Shown here in pieces: positions 15,101 through 27,014 of a stretch of DNA of 64,000 nucleotides. A model generated the notes under the pieces. That model made no database searches. It saw only the letters and a list, made by a program, of their open reading frames with translations, and was not told where the DNA came from. The stretch lies in assembly GCF_037042905.1 (NCBI RefSeq), contig NC_087245.1:12340001-12404000 (forward strand). The letters are read 5' to 3'. The DNA comes from Lytechinus pictus (Eukaryota). Made by a program: the position numbers and the translations under genes. The number at the start of each line of letters is the position of its first letter. Position 1 is the stretch's first letter.

Positions 15101-18100
15101 GATTGATCTGTAACCTATTTCCCATGAAAGTTCAGAGAAACTGACTTTTACCTAGTCAATGCTACAAGAATATTGACCACCTTCAGATAGATCCACTTAC
15201 CCAAAGGAGACATGCCAGAGCTCAAGGACTTGAAGCATGGTAGGGTTGGTAATGTCAAGATCTTGGACAATAGCAGCCTGGGCAGTAAGGAAGGACTTGT
15301 TCCAGGGCTTGGGTACAACAGAAAGTTCAGCACGATGAGGAATAACTTCCTCTTGCTTGTCATCATCCCTCTCTCGGGGGTCACGCAGGACAAAGTCAAC
15401 TGAGATGAAAAATATATCACAGGTCTTTAGACAAATGCTCTCATTTAAAAATAAATTTTAGTCCATGTTTTGCTACTGTACTTGCTTTCTAACTGTCATT
15501 CCAATAGAATACTGTACTCTTTAGAAAATTAGTACGACATGAAAGATACAATTGATTACATGTAAAAAAAAAGGAACCCCCTTATTTGCAAAATATCCCC
15601 TTCAAATTACCAATGGGTTCAATGCAAATAGTACTTGGATTGAACATTAAGCAGAAAAATATCCCCCATACTGAAAATAATATTCTTTTTTGCTGTTTCA
15701 ATTGACCATAAGATTGATCATATCTTTATATCACAAGGCACTGGCCAGATAACAGCTCTAAAACAATGAAAATTGTTTATTTTCAAAAATGAAAAATAAG
15801 AAGAAGTATTAAAGAATCACATAAAGAGTAAATTGTGACTGGACATTACCAATGGCTTTCTTGACGCTGAGCAAGTAGTCTTCTTTCATCTCATCTGAGA
15901 GGGTTTCAATGGTTTCCCCATGACCTTCTTTGAGACCCTTAGCAACCAGCTGCAGGACGTTCTCCAACCAGGAGTCTTCCATAGGAGCTACATGCTCTGT
16001 GTCTATCCCATTGTGGATGTAGTAATAGTAGCGCTGCCGAAACACAAAACATAGACAAAATTACATTACTTTTCATGATTGACATTGTTATAGTGCAGAA
16101 GAAAATATTTAGCAAAAACTGATCAATCCAATATTTAAAGCATTCTTAACCACCTTCTTATTGGTCTGGTAGTATAAAACTTTGCCATTCTGGGCCATGT
16201 CTTAAAAAGAGGTGCGATTGATCCAATCAATCACAACTATGGACAGCCAGCAACGTCAACATCTATTATGCATGTTTGTTCAAAATATTTTCTAACTATG
16301 ATGTGTATTCATCGTTTTCTGGAAAATTCACTGCGCTTCTCTTCGTTTACAAAGGACATTATGCATAATTCCTGTAGAGAAAATTATGACACAGATGGAT
16401 TTCCATAGTTACGATTGATTGGATCAATCGTAACTCTTTGTAAGAAAGGCCCTGGTATTACAATTACTATTCGTGTTTACATACAAATGAACTTATTTGT
16501 TTATAAAATCATTTCTTTTTTTGAAACGAGGAATTAAGGATTGCACAAGCTAAAAATTTCAAAGTGGTGTTATTTTCAGAAACTCTTTACATCATGACAT
16601 ACATAGTGAAAGAAAAATAATTAATTGTGAATTTTCCATCATGAGGCAAAATCATAACAAAATTTAGTTCATGATATATATCACATACACCATGCCATAT
16701 CAGATTACACTAAAATCCTAAATAAATTCATTGCGACTTACCAGAATATCTTTCTCAGCAGCTGTAGGTGACCCTGTTCTTGATAGAGGAGGGAGTTCCC
16801 CTTCAACAGAAGGTGGTCTTGCTTCTGTTTCTTGTTGCCTGTAAGAAAGGTGTGTCATAAAAAAGACAAATGTGTTTTTGATGTCATGACATTCTTATGG
16901 CATCTTGCCTTTAATACATGTAACATTATCAATCAACAATGGCAATATTTGGTTGTTTTTTTTCATTAATTCACTGTTGGATCAGAGGAATTTTTAAAGT
17001 GTAAACCTGTGCTTTAATGAAACACTAAAAATACTGCATCAAGAATAGTAGAATTTGAAGGAAAAAATATGAAAAGAGCAATTTTCATAATTTCCACTCC
17101 AAAATATTTTTTTGAGATAGGGTGCAAAATTCACATTTGTTGCCATGGGTTTGATTGACCCTACACTATCCAGATAATCTACATAAATAGTCATTTCAAG
17201 CCATACAAAAAGCATCATGACTTGAGTGAATAGTGATAAGACATGCGTTTATTAGGAAATCCTTTTTCAATGTACACAAGTTTGTAAATTAAATTACGTT
17301 TAATTAATACATGAAGTGTGACCACGGTCTCAATACCACCTTTGTATAATTTGGGGCCAATGTGATGTCTAGATGACTATAATTTGGCCTACTGCTTAAG
17401 GCTGTTTGTATACTTTCGAAAGGCACCATGTTAATCCAAGTATTTTTACACTGAACCAATTTTAGATGTTTTTTTTTTCTTCTCATAAATACTTACATAA
17501 TGATATTGACAAGGGCATTCCTGAAGCTTTCTCTGTCCTTGCGTGGATGCCCAAAGGACTTTCCTTTCCCATTGGTTCCATTCTGTTCTGCTTCATTAGA
17601 CTTGGTCCTGGTCCTGGTTCTAACTTTCCTTGATCCTTGAATAAGAAATACAATTACATTATGCATCACGTACATGTATCTCTGAATTGCACATTTAATG
17701 TGGAATATTCAATGTTGACGGGTTTGAGCTCAATGCAGGTTCTTTGGTCAGGCAATATTCCAGATGTGTTGCTCTTACATCAAAACTAAATGTCTCTGTT
17801 GAATCATTTAAAGATCTTCTAAAAACCTTTCCACTTAAATCATAACTCATTGTGCACCTCAAATAATCTACAGAGTAGATTTGACACTTTATAAGTTTCA
17901 TTATTATTCTTATTAGTAATATAATTTCAAACATGAATATATGTGATTGTGAAGATGTCAATCTAAAGATTAAAAGAAAAGAAGCTTACTTGGAGTGATC
18001 TGTGCTGATACACTCATATCCTCTACTTCATCTTCAGGGGGTTTCCCGGACAGGACAAAAGAAGGTGGGTTGGCCTGCCATACTGGCTTGCTTCGTTTCT

Positions 18101-19242
18101 GTTACAAACAAAATAACAATTTTGAAATAAACTTAATTGGAAAGGGTCACTTCATAAAATAAGAAATATAATGCATAGGGATTGAAGCTGATTAAACCTG
18201 AAATATTCAAAATAGTATCCCTTCCAATTATTACAAACAGCCCATCTTAATTGTCATTTTGAGCAATACAAAAAAAAATAATAAGTACAGAAACAAGAGA
18301 CTCTTGAAATATATTCATATATTCCCTATATACAGGTATCCAAATCTTCAACCCTCATGGAAATTTTCACAAGCAATGCTACTCATATTTTACATTTCTT
18401 AGAAATCATATTTACTATAATTCTCATTATTGGTACATGTACATGTACATACAAATGTCCAAATGCATAATATCTGAACAGTATACATGTAGGCACTACA
18501 TTTGAAATATATGCATATGTACTCATAAATAAAAAAAAGTGGAATACAAATTTATACTGATCACAATATCATACTAATAAATTTAGCACATTTAGGTCAA
18601 CACAAATAAAATAGAAAATGGAAAAAAGGACATTATCAACATTGATGGTTACAATGTCTAAATTAATGTAAATCAAATAATCAAAAAGTGTTTATCACTT
18701 ACTGCAGGTAATGTTGGCAGAAATGACTGAATGTCATCTGGTTTCTTTCCTTTATTTTTTAGAGGAGCTTGATACTGCATAAAGAAAAGGATAATAAAAT
18801 AATGTTCCAATGAAAGAATGTGCTATCCATAAATCTGAATCACTTCCACATAGTAAACAGGCATATTCCATTCAATCCAATTTAGGTTTAGGGGAAGGCA
18901 GGGTAAGTTAAGTCATTTTTTGCTTTTTGCATGTTAGGACCGACTAATAATCTTGTAGAAATAAGTACCTTGCCGTAAAATTTAATTATTTAGAAACATT
19001 TTTTACCAATATTACTTTCTACTCCCACACTGAAAGGCACTGTCACCTTTGAAAAAAAAATCAAATGGCTCAACTTGCCCCACCCAGCCATGGGGCAAAA
19101 AGCAGCATGATATTTTATTATTTAAAGTCTTTTCACTTGCTAATTCTATACAGTGTATAAATATACTAAAATCCTACTAAAACAACTGTCTTGTGAATTT
19201 GGCCCTTTCTGCCTGTATATCAATAGCTTTGTAAGGTTTGTT

Positions 19243-19284
<42 letters not shown>

Positions 19285-22200
19285 TACCTTACAAATTACC
19301 ATGGCTCAACTTGCCCCATTATGGCTGGCATAACCTACCCCAGTCCGAACTTCATGTGATATTTTCACATCCACACATTACTTACATGTATGCACCCATA
19401 CTACAGGTACAAATTACTTGTAATGAACAATATTGTCATCTTGTGTCCTCATCTAAAGATACAGGTGGGTAAAATGCACTTATCTATTTGATACTTTATT
19501 ACTTTTATTTTGCTGAAATTTGTATTTTTCCCTCTGAAAAACTATTTTCTATTTCAATGTTGAAAACAATGTGGTGGGGTTAGGGGATATGCAATAGGTC
19601 ATCAATATGACACCAACAAAATGTCTGACTCATTCATAATTGACCTGGGGGTGGTGGCTCAACTTACCATTCTAAAGGTTCGACTTACCCAAAATGCAGT
19701 TAAAATATGCAATTGTTATGGTACTTAGATCCCCTAAATCTGCACAAGGCCCCTTGTCTGTTCATACACGTACATGTATCTGTGCGATTCTTTTAAGATA
19801 CAGGACGACTACTGTACAGACTTTACACATGCAATTCATTGAAAGATTTTCATTAAAAATCTGACTCATAATGATGGAAAAATAATGAATTTAAGTGATT
19901 TATGTGATGGCATAAAAATTGCAGCCTTCCTCATCAAAATCCCTGAATTGTGTGTGAATTGAATAGGTGCACAGACATAGGGCACCATTTTTTTTGTTCA
20001 GGGAAGTGGGAGTTGCGCGACAGCCGAAGTACCGGTCAGTCACTGTTTTTGTCCTTTCAAGATTATTTTTTCCTGTTTTGATGCATTTCAGGCCAAAATG
20101 GAATAATTATCTTTATTTTGGCCCAGTTATTTTTTTATATATTTTTATAAAATAAAGACAAAAATCGATGAGCCCCGTCGGGGGATTTTGCATTGTTAAC
20201 CCCCTAATGGCTGCTGCATGATCGCGAGTTGAATCATGTGTGAAGTGAATAGATCATTAGATGCACACAGGGCGCGACAAACCCGCTTGCCCGGGGCAAG
20301 TGAAAATGACGTGCGGGCAAGCATTTCTCAAAGTCAATTGCCCGATCGGGCAAGTGGTTGTTTTGAAAATGAAAAAGATAAATTGACAGTAAAGTTTAAT
20401 AATTTTTTGATAAATTGCAATTATTGGCCAATTATCTCTCATACAATGTCATACCAGTAAAAAAACAGTGGAAACATGTCAAATCAGCACCAATTTACCG
20501 ACAAAAGGCGACAATTTATCGCGAGCGGTCCCGTTCGATGGAGGCTGCCATCTTAATTTCTAAACTACAATGTGCGCATGCGCTACTAAACGACGAAGGA
20601 GCTAGCTGGGGAAACCCCTCTCTCGCCCTCTGAGCGCATGTACGGACGTACACGAGCGATCGCGCCAGCCGAGTCTCGAGCTAGATCGCGCTGCATGCAT
20701 GCAAGCTTCGAACTGACTCGGCCAGGACCAGACGTCCCGTATTTTATTCATTTCTAAAACATTTTAGTTTTTTTTTTTTTTTTTAATATATAAAAAAAAC
20801 CACCAAATATCATTAGGATTTTTGTTATATGATTGGATTGTTTTTATTTGCTTGAAGCTTGAACTTTTTCCTCTTTCTTTCTTTTCTATCCTTCTATCTT
20901 AATTTTTCCTTCTTGCCCTTTTTTGTTACATATCTATTTTTATTTCCTGATCCTTTCTCTCTCTCTCTCTCTCTGTTCATTTTCTTTCTTTCCTTCTTTC
21001 TCTTACTTGCCTTCTTTATTACATTTCCTTTTTTTTTGTTTCCTTCATTCCTTCTCCCTTCCACTCGTTTTTATTTTCGTTCTATCTCTCCTTCCATTAT
21101 ATCTTTTTTTTTTCATTCTGACCTCCCTCTCTTTCCTCCTTTCTTTCTTTCATTATTTATTTCATTTTGTCCTTATTCTTTTCCCTTATACTTTCTTTCC
21201 CTTTCTTCCTTCCTTCCTGTTTTCTTCTTTCTTTGTTTCTTTCTTTCCAAGAATGAAGGAAAATTTTCTTTCCTTCATTCTTTCTTTCCTCCTCCTTTTT
21301 TCTTACTTTCTTTTTGTCTTTCTCTTCTTTGTTTTGACCTTCACACATTTATTCATCTTTCCTTTTCTTTTTTTTTCTTTCTATATTCAATTCAAAGAAT
21401 GACAGAAACCTTTTTATCTATTTTTATTCTCTCATCCTTCTTTTATTAGAACTTTCTTATATTTTTATTATTTCCTTCATTTTCCCCTTCATTTTTTCTT
21501 TCTTTCTTCTCAATTCATCTCTTTTCTTTCTCTCCTTCATTCTTTTGTTCACCCTCCCTTCCAATTCTGTACTTTTTTCACAAGTCTAACACTGTGTAGC
21601 TTTCTTTCTTGATCTTTTTTTTGGTCGATTGTCCCGTATTTCATTTTGTGAAATCTTGTCACCCTGGCCAGGACTCGGCTTCAACTTCAAACCAAATATT
21701 AAAACAATGAGTCGTCAGACTAAAATAGGCGACTTTTGTCGTCGTGATCGGCGGCCAGAACAACTTGAACAAGAGTCAAGAAAAAGAAATGCCAAGGGCA
21801 GCGCCAGTAAATCAAGTTCAGTCAGGACAGAAAAGAATAATTAAGAGCAAAAGAATTTTTGAAAAAAAATCGGGCAAGCAGTTTTTTCTATCGGGCAAGC
21901 AAATTTTTTAATCACTTGCCCGACAGGGCAAGTGATGAATTTTTTTTTTGTAGAGGCCTGGTGCACAGACATAGGGCACTATTTTTTTGTTCAGGGAAGT
22001 GGGAGTTGCGCGACAGCCGAAGTACCGGTAAGTCACTGTTTTTTGTCCTTTTAAGTTTATTTTTTCCATTTTGATGCATTTCATGCCAAAATGGAATAAT
22101 AATCTTTATTTTGGCCCAGTTCTTTTTACATATTTTTTTTTAAATAAAGACAAAAATCGATGAGCCCCGTCGGGGGGATTTTGCATTGTTGACCCCTAAT

Positions 22201-25200
22201 GGCAGCTGCACGATCGCGAGCCGTCGGTGTACGAGAAAGTTAAAAAAAATTTATAAAAGGTTCAAAAACTCCTCGAAACAGACGGCTGGCAGCTGTCTAA
22301 TTTTAACCTAACGTAGGTCCAACCATATCCTCACTCCCACTAACAATTAACATTAGTGCGAGGCCAAGGACAAAAAAATCAGAAAATGTTGAAAAACTCC
22401 TCCGAAATGAGCGGATTTATCAATATCAGTCTAAGATCTAGATCTAGGCTAGTAGACTACTAGAGCTATAGATCTAGGCCTACTGCTTCATGTAGTAGTA
22501 GTACATGCAGTAGGCCTAGATCTGTAGCTCTAGTCTAGATGTAACGTTAGATCTGGTCGCATGTCATAAGGTGGTCCAATTTCGCGAAAATTTTGAAATG
22601 TGTTTTTCTCAAATTGGACCTGCTGCACATAAAATAGTGTCAAAAGTTAATACAACATTGGATCACCCTAGTATTTTGCAGTTTTAATCTTGTAAATTTA
22701 ATAATTAGATCTGTAACTAAAATCGAATAATCATCTTTTATTGTATGCATATTAATTACATTGATTAATTAACAATATTTAATTTCACATTTTTGCCCCG
22801 AAAATGCCTGTCACTGTTTATATGCTTGGCAAAATGACTACCTACATCACGGGTAGAAATGTTTGTTGCAATGATACACAACATTTGTACTAAAAATTAA
22901 GAATACAAATTAGATAATCAACCAAATTTCTCCAGTTTACTAATTGATTAGGTTGTCAGAGCTGACATACACATGTAAAAGTTAGTTAATTCCTGCATAT
23001 TTTCAAAACTGTCAAATTTTTGTAACATTTAGTTAATCCCTACTTTTAAACTGCCTAGAAATATGAGACTGACAGTCATATTACATATCATATTAAGTTG
23101 TTAAGTTTAATTGACATTCTATCATTCACTGCATCCACCGGCTCCACCACCCCTGTTACTTCAAACTTGTGCTGATAGTTTTTGTTCCTGACATCGCATT
23201 GATTTAATTTAGAGTAATATATTTAGCTTATAGTTCTAGCTTGAAAATGAGATCTTACTCAATAAATTTGGTCAAGATTCTGTGATGTAGCAACGATTTA
23301 TCCATGGTACCGAGTGGAAAATTGTTCATTCCCTACCCTTTTTGCATACCCAACTTATGAAATGCGACCATCTCTAATCTAACTTCTAAGTTAGATCATG
23401 ATCTAGTCTATCATAGACCAAAAGCTTCGGTCTCTGTTATGTTGGTTGTTCTGCTGAACTCCGTTGGCTCCACTCACCAATTACAGAGACCCAAGTTCTA
23501 ACTCGATCTGTACAGGGACTCAATGGCCATATGTTTATGAATTATGTATTAAGTTCGGATCAACCAGGGAAGTGGGAGTTGCGCGACAGCCGAAGTATAT
23601 GTACATGTAAGTCACTGATTTTTCCCCTTTGAAGTTTATTTTTTCCTGTTTTGGTGCGTTTCAGGCCAAAACCAATAAAAACGGAATAATAATCTTTATT
23701 TTGGTCCAGTTCTTTTTATATATTTTTATGAAATACAGACAAAAATCGATAAGCCCCATCAGGGAGATTTTGCATTGTGATTTCTGCTAGTGCTAGCAAA
23801 ATGGTGATAATCGTAATGCTTGTTGAGAATATCGGATTTCTTCAAAACGGGTGCCAACGGTGACAAATTTGCCGATCTTTTGTCAATATTTTCATGAATA
23901 CTGAACTCATCCTAAAGAAACTTACACCAAAGCCTTTAAGTCACTTTTCATGTTGATGTCAGATTTTAAGGATATCAGCTAGTTTTTGAGATAATAACCG
24001 TCCGCGAAGTATGGACACGCACGAAGTTTGGACTCACTCACTGCCAGTGCCATATTTAATTACAAATACAATTTCAAAGTCAATGCCAGGCATGGCCATG
24101 CATGGGCATGGGAGATGAAAGAAGTCACTGACACTGCCGCTGACGAAATGAACGGCAGTGAATGGAGTACGTGGTCATGACAACGATAATGCCATTACTT
24201 AGGCATTACTATCATTATTATGATGGGGTGTCCAAACTTCGCGCACTTTTCAAAAATATTCATCGGGCTTAAATCTTTTCACAAAATATTCGTAATTTAT
24301 ACAAAACCAATTCAAGAAATAGTTACCACATTGACGGCAAGATCGTAAACTATAAAATCATGGACGAAAATGTAAAGTCGGTCAAGGGAATTCGCCGGTA
24401 TCGCGATCTCAAAATTCTATTCCGATCGGCGAATGCGCGCTGTGCTGGAAAACGTTCAGAAAAAGTGTGACCTAACTTCGCGGACGAAAGTTTTTGTGGA
24501 CATTTAAACAAAAACTCAGGCTCAAAAAGTAAAATATTTATATCAGATTGATGGCAAAATGCTATAGAATTGGTTAGTACCACATTTAACTCACATTTTT
24601 GATGATTTCTGCTTGCAAAATGGTGATATCGTGATGCTTGTTGAGAATATCAGATTTTTTCAAAACGGGCGCTAACGGTGACAAATTTGCCGATCTTTTG
24701 CCAATATTTTCATGAATACTGAACTCATCTTAAAGTAACTTACACAAAAGGGTAATTTTAGGTCGCTTTTCACGTTGATGAAGTCAGATTTTAAGGATAT
24801 TGGCTAGTTTTTGAGATAATGACCGTCCGCGAAGTATGGACACGCGCGAAGTTTGGACTCACTGCCATAGGGCCTACATTATATTAAAGAACTGTGATAA
24901 TTTTTTTACATTTGACATATGCAAAAATTACTGTCACCCCATCCCATTGATTAGTATACCCAGTTGTTGTGTGTCCGGACAGGTTGTGTGTCCGGACGAT
25001 CAATTTTAGAAAGTCATTTGGAAAAATTTACAAGGAAAGTTTTATCAATTTTTAGTACAAAATGTCAGGAAATATTACAGAGAACAAAATAGAAGATGAT
25101 TACAACTATTGATTTCGTATTTGTAGTGTAATCCAATGACAAAAAAGAAGGCTTCAAAAATATAAAGTGTCCGGACACCCGATCCCCCATCCTAACCCAC

Positions 25201-25297
25201 ACACTGACACAGACATCAACACAACATGTTCAAAACTTCAATTTCAAATGTCAATGTCTGAAGAAAAAAAAATAGAACCCACCTGGACGTCGGCCAT
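60..25297 (-). CDS. DNAH7: Axonemal inner-arm dynein heavy chain 7 (N-terminal 894 aa, 19 exons; gene continues beyond window position 1)
   Basis: Manually spliced exons (minus strand): 25283-25297, 18703-18774, 17990-18098, 17497-17635, 16742-16838, 15850-16033, 15201-15399, 14801-14920, 14191-14374, 13479-13658, 12791-12943, 12346-12459, 9112-9239, 8234-8537, 7627-7773, 6956-7092, 6212-6359, 5970-6086, 60-194. All introns are GT-AG, phases join into one open frame (2682 nt). Peptides [62 protein letters not shown] and [15 protein letters not shown] match the DNAH7 tail/DHC_N2 region as I recall it. Confidence 0.95.
1215..1692. mobile_element. Degraded Kolobok-like MITE remnant
   Basis: Shares internal blocks (ATCAAAATCGGA, GATTTTGATGAAATTT, CATCATCAGCCCA) with the element at 25736-26309 and ends in GGAGTACCCTTTTAA. 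Confidence 0.55.
5970..6086 (-). CDS. DNAH7: DNAH7 exon 18 ([10 protein letters not shown]...NPGLRDRHW...KPDE)
   Basis: TAG/GTAATC, 117 nt, phase 0/0. Confidence 0.95.
6212..6359 (-). CDS. DNAH7: DNAH7 exon 17 ([14 protein letters not shown]...KVKDK)
   Basis: CAG/GTATGA, 148 nt, phase 2/0. Confidence 0.95.
6956..7092 (-). CDS. DNAH7: DNAH7 exon 16 ([13 protein letters not shown]...PYLKLYET...)
   Basis: CAG/GTAAGT, 137 nt, phase 0/2. Confidence 0.95.
7627..7773 (-). CDS. DNAH7: DNAH7 exon 15 ([13 protein letters not shown]...AAEK)
   Basis: CAG/GTATGT, 147 nt, phase 0/0. Confidence 0.95.
8234..8537 (-). CDS. DNAH7: DNAH7 exon 14 ([16 protein letters not shown]...YQEGLT)
   Basis: TAG/GTAGGT, 304 nt, phase 2/0. 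Confidence 0.95.
9112..9239 (-). CDS. DNAH7: DNAH7 exon 13 ([16 protein letters not shown]...)
   Basis: TAG/GTGAGT, 128 nt, phase 0/2. Confidence 0.95.
12346..12459 (-). CDS. DNAH7: DNAH7 exon 12 ([13 protein letters not shown]...HTRK)
   Basis: CAG/GTAATG, 114 nt, phase 0/0. Confidence 0.93.
12791..12943 (-). CDS. DNAH7: DNAH7 exon 11 ([12 protein letters not shown]...FLINKQ)
   Basis: CAG/GTTGGT, 153 nt, phase 0/0. Confidence 0.9.
13479..13658 (-). CDS. DNAH7: DNAH7 exon 10 ([11 protein letters not shown]...[11 protein letters not shown])
   Basis: CAG/GTAAGT, 180 nt, phase 0/0. Confidence 0.95.
14191..14374 (-). CDS. DNAH7: DNAH7 exon 9 ([13 protein letters not shown]...IYQSP)
   Basis: CAG/GTAAGC, 184 nt, phase 2/0. 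Confidence 0.95.
14801..14920 (-). CDS. DNAH7: DNAH7 exon 8 ([11 protein letters not shown]...AKEKLMK)
   Basis: CAG/GTAAGT, 120 nt, phase 2/2. Confidence 0.95.
15201..15399 (-). CDS. DNAH7: DNAH7 exon 7 (DFVLRDPRE...LWHVSF)
   Basis: CAG/GTAAGT, 199 nt, phase 1/2. Confidence 0.95.
15850..16033 (-). CDS. DNAH7: DNAH7 exon 6 ([14 protein letters not shown]...SVKKAI)
   Basis: CAG/GTAATG, 184 nt, phase 0/1. Confidence 0.95.
16193..16451. mobile_element. PIF/Harbinger-like MITE, CTG target duplication
   Basis: About 55-bp imperfect TIRs (GGCC..TCTTA.AAAGAG.T.CGATTGATCCAATCAATC); CTG at 16190-16192 and 16452-16454. Confidence 0.7.
16742..16838 (-). CDS. DNAH7: DNAH7 exon 5 (QQETEARPP...AEKDIL)
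   Basis: CAG/GTAAGT, 97 nt, phase 2/0. Confidence 0.88.
17497..17635 (-). CDS. DNAH7: DNAH7 exon 4 (...[15 protein letters not shown])
   Basis: AAG acceptor (required by phase), GTAAGT donor, 139 nt, phase 1/2. Confidence 0.82.
17990..18098 (-). CDS. DNAH7: DNAH7 exon 3 ([14 protein letters not shown]...)
   Basis: CAG/GTAAG, 109 nt, phase 0/1. Confidence 0.85.
18703..18774 (-). CDS. DNAH7: DNAH7 exon 2 ([24 protein letters not shown])
   Basis: CAG acceptor, GTAAGT donor, 72 nt, phase 0/0. Confidence 0.8.
18889..19690. mobile_element. Degraded non-autonomous DNA transposon (possibly pogo/Tc1-like) with repeated TGGCTCAACTT(G/A)CC motifs and an internal (AT)n
   Basis: Motif recurs at ~19066, ~19302 and ~19655 and is roughly inverted at ~18901; ends not resolved. 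Confidence 0.4.
19950..23778 (+). repeat. Three local copies of a ~270-bp unit (19950-20228; 20236-20267 plus 21961-22220; 23565-23778)
   Basis: CAGGGAAGTGGGAGTTGCGCGACAGCCGAAGTA...AGACAAAAATCGAT...GATTTTGCATTGT is seen three times. Confidence 0.9.
20268..21960. mobile_element. hAT-like non-autonomous element (1.7 kb) with CT-rich interior
   Basis: Termini CAGGGCGCGACAA / TTGTAGAGGCCTG; subterminal CGGGCAAG/CTTGCCCG repeats at both ends; imperfect flanking duplication (A/G)TGCACA; splits the second copy of the 270-bp unit. Confidence 0.7.
23779..24866. repeat. Direct repeat pair of ~265 bp (23779-24047, 24604-24866), right end of a MITE whose left TIR is near 24228
   Basis: Near-identical copies end in GAAGTTTGGACTCACT..GCCA; inverted GTGTCCAAACTTCGCGC at ~24228. 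Confidence 0.8.
25283..25297 (-). CDS. DNAH7: DNAH7 exon 1 coding part (MADVQ)
   Basis: ATAATGG start context; ATG GCC GAC GTC CAG|GTGGGT donor; phase 0 joins exon 2; lies just downstream of an X-box/ETS/CCAAT cluster. Confidence 0.72.
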
Positions 25298-25562
25298 TAT
25301 GTCCTTGTTTTTTAGGCCACAGATTATCGTACAAAACTTAATTCAGCATGTCGTTCTTATAAGAATATTCCTATGGGCACAAATATCTTATTTAGTTTAT
25401 TGTGATACAGCAATCGATAGGCAAAAGCGTTGTGTCATTTATAAAGTTGAGCCTTGTCACTGTCATCAGTCGAGCTAATCGAGTTGCGCGACGTACACGT
25501 TACATAGACTTTGCACGGAGATACGAAAATGTACACTGCCTATGCGCAAGTCAGCGGTGTGT

Positions 25563-25644
25563 GTTGCTACGGCTACAAAAATGACCCGGAAGTACTTCCG
25601 AGTGTCACCTGCTCAATTTCCTGTTTATGTTTTTAATAGATTGG
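25563..25644 (-). promoter_or_regulatory. Probable DNAH7 proximal promoter: RFX X-box, palindromic double ETS site, CCAAT box
   Basis: Minus strand GTAGCCGTAGCAAC (25563-25576) fits the X-box GTNRCC-N0-3-RGYAAC; CGGAAGTACTTCCG at 25587-25600; ATTGG at 25640-25644. All lie 270-350 bp upstream of the ATG. RFX control of ciliary genes is established. Confidence 0.65.
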
Positions 25645-25735
25645 TTCCTTTAGATTGTGCCGCTTAATTTTTTATAGTAATATTAAGTATTTGATATAGG
25701 CAAGACAAGTAAGTGTGGAAAAGACTGGTATTGAA

Positions 25736-26309
25736 AGGGATGATCCAGGCTGTAAATATTTATATCTAATTAAATAGAGTAAAATTCACAGAGCAAAATG
25801 CTGGAAACTTCATCAAATTCGGATAACAAATAATTTTAAAATGTATCAATAATAGTAATATATGCACATCGTCATGAATATTCATTAGATAGGCTGATGA
25901 TGTCACATCCCCACTTTCCTTTTTCTTACGTTATTACATGAAATCATTAATGTTTCATTATTTCATACATGTGTAAATGATGTGTCTCCATTATGATGAA
26001 ATAAGTTGCGGCAATAAATAACTAATGCACTTAATCAGTTGTCAAGCCAGTTGTTTTAGTTCTTGGTAGAAACATTTTGAATAAACCTAATTCCATATAA
26101 TAAAATATAAGTGGGGATATGACATCATCAGCCCACCTAATGAATATTCATGAAGACGTGCCAAGAACTGTCTCACTGGAATAAACAAAATATTTAAAAT
26201 TCAATAACTTCGTTATTTGTTATCCGATTTTGAACAAATTTTCAGCATTTTACTTTGTGAATTTTACTCTATTATTGAGATATAAATATTTCCAGCCTGG
26301 AACATCCCT
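25736..26309. mobile_element. Kolobok-like MITE just upstream of the DNAH7 promoter
   Basis: TIR AGGGATG(A/T)TCCAGGCTG extends for about 100 bp; flanks TGAA/TTAA (TTAA target, RR..YY termini). Confidence 0.8.
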
Positions 26310-26393
26310 TTAAGAAAGTAGGTCGACATCAGGAGCGGATCCATGGGGGGCCGAGGTTGCCTTGCCCCTCCCCCCCCCCCCCCCACCCGCTCA

Positions 26394-27012
26394 AAAAAGG
26401 AAAGGGAGGAAGAGGGGGAAAGGAGGAAAAGAAAAAATTAGAGGTAAGGGGGAAAGAGAGAAGAAAAACAAGAAAGACGTAGAGGGGAAAGGAAGAGAAG
26501 AAAAAAAGAAAGAGGTAGAGGGGGAAAGAAGAGAAAAAAGTGAGAGGAAGAGGGGAGAAAGAAAAAAGAGGAAGAGGGGGAAAGGAAGAGAAGAAAACAG
26601 AGGAAAAGGGGGAGGAAAGAAGAAAATAGAGAAGAGAAGGGGGAAGATTGAAGAGAAAAAAGAGAGAGGAAGGCGGGAAAGGAAGAAAAGAAAAAGATGT
26701 AAAGAGGGGGAAAGAAGAGAAGGAAAAAGAGAGAGAAAGGTCGAGGGGAGAAAGAAAAAGAAAAGGAGAGAAGAAAAGGGGAAAAGGAAAGAAGAAAAAA
26801 GAGAGAAGAGAGAAGAAAAGGGGAAAAGAAAAGAAGGGGGAAAAAAGAGGGAAAGTGGGAAAAGAAAAAAAAGAGAGGAAAGGGGGAAGGAAGAGAAAAA
26901 AAGATAGAGGAAGAGGGGGAAGAAAGAGACAAAAAAGAGGGAAAGAGAAAAAGAAAAAGGGAAAAGGAGATATGGGAAAAGAGAGAGGAGGGAAAAAGAG
27001 AGGGAGAGGGGA
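26394..27012 (+). repeat. Polypurine (GA-rich) low-complexity tract
   Basis: About 620 bp almost entirely A/G; explains the spurious K/R/E-rich and F/S/L-rich ORFs. Confidence 0.95.
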
Positions 27013-27014
27013 AA

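Noticed and set aside
20859..21449. 196-aa and 159-aa Phe/Leu/Ser-rich ORFs resembling membrane proteins
   Set aside because: Translation of a CT-rich low-complexity tract inside a non-autonomous transposon.
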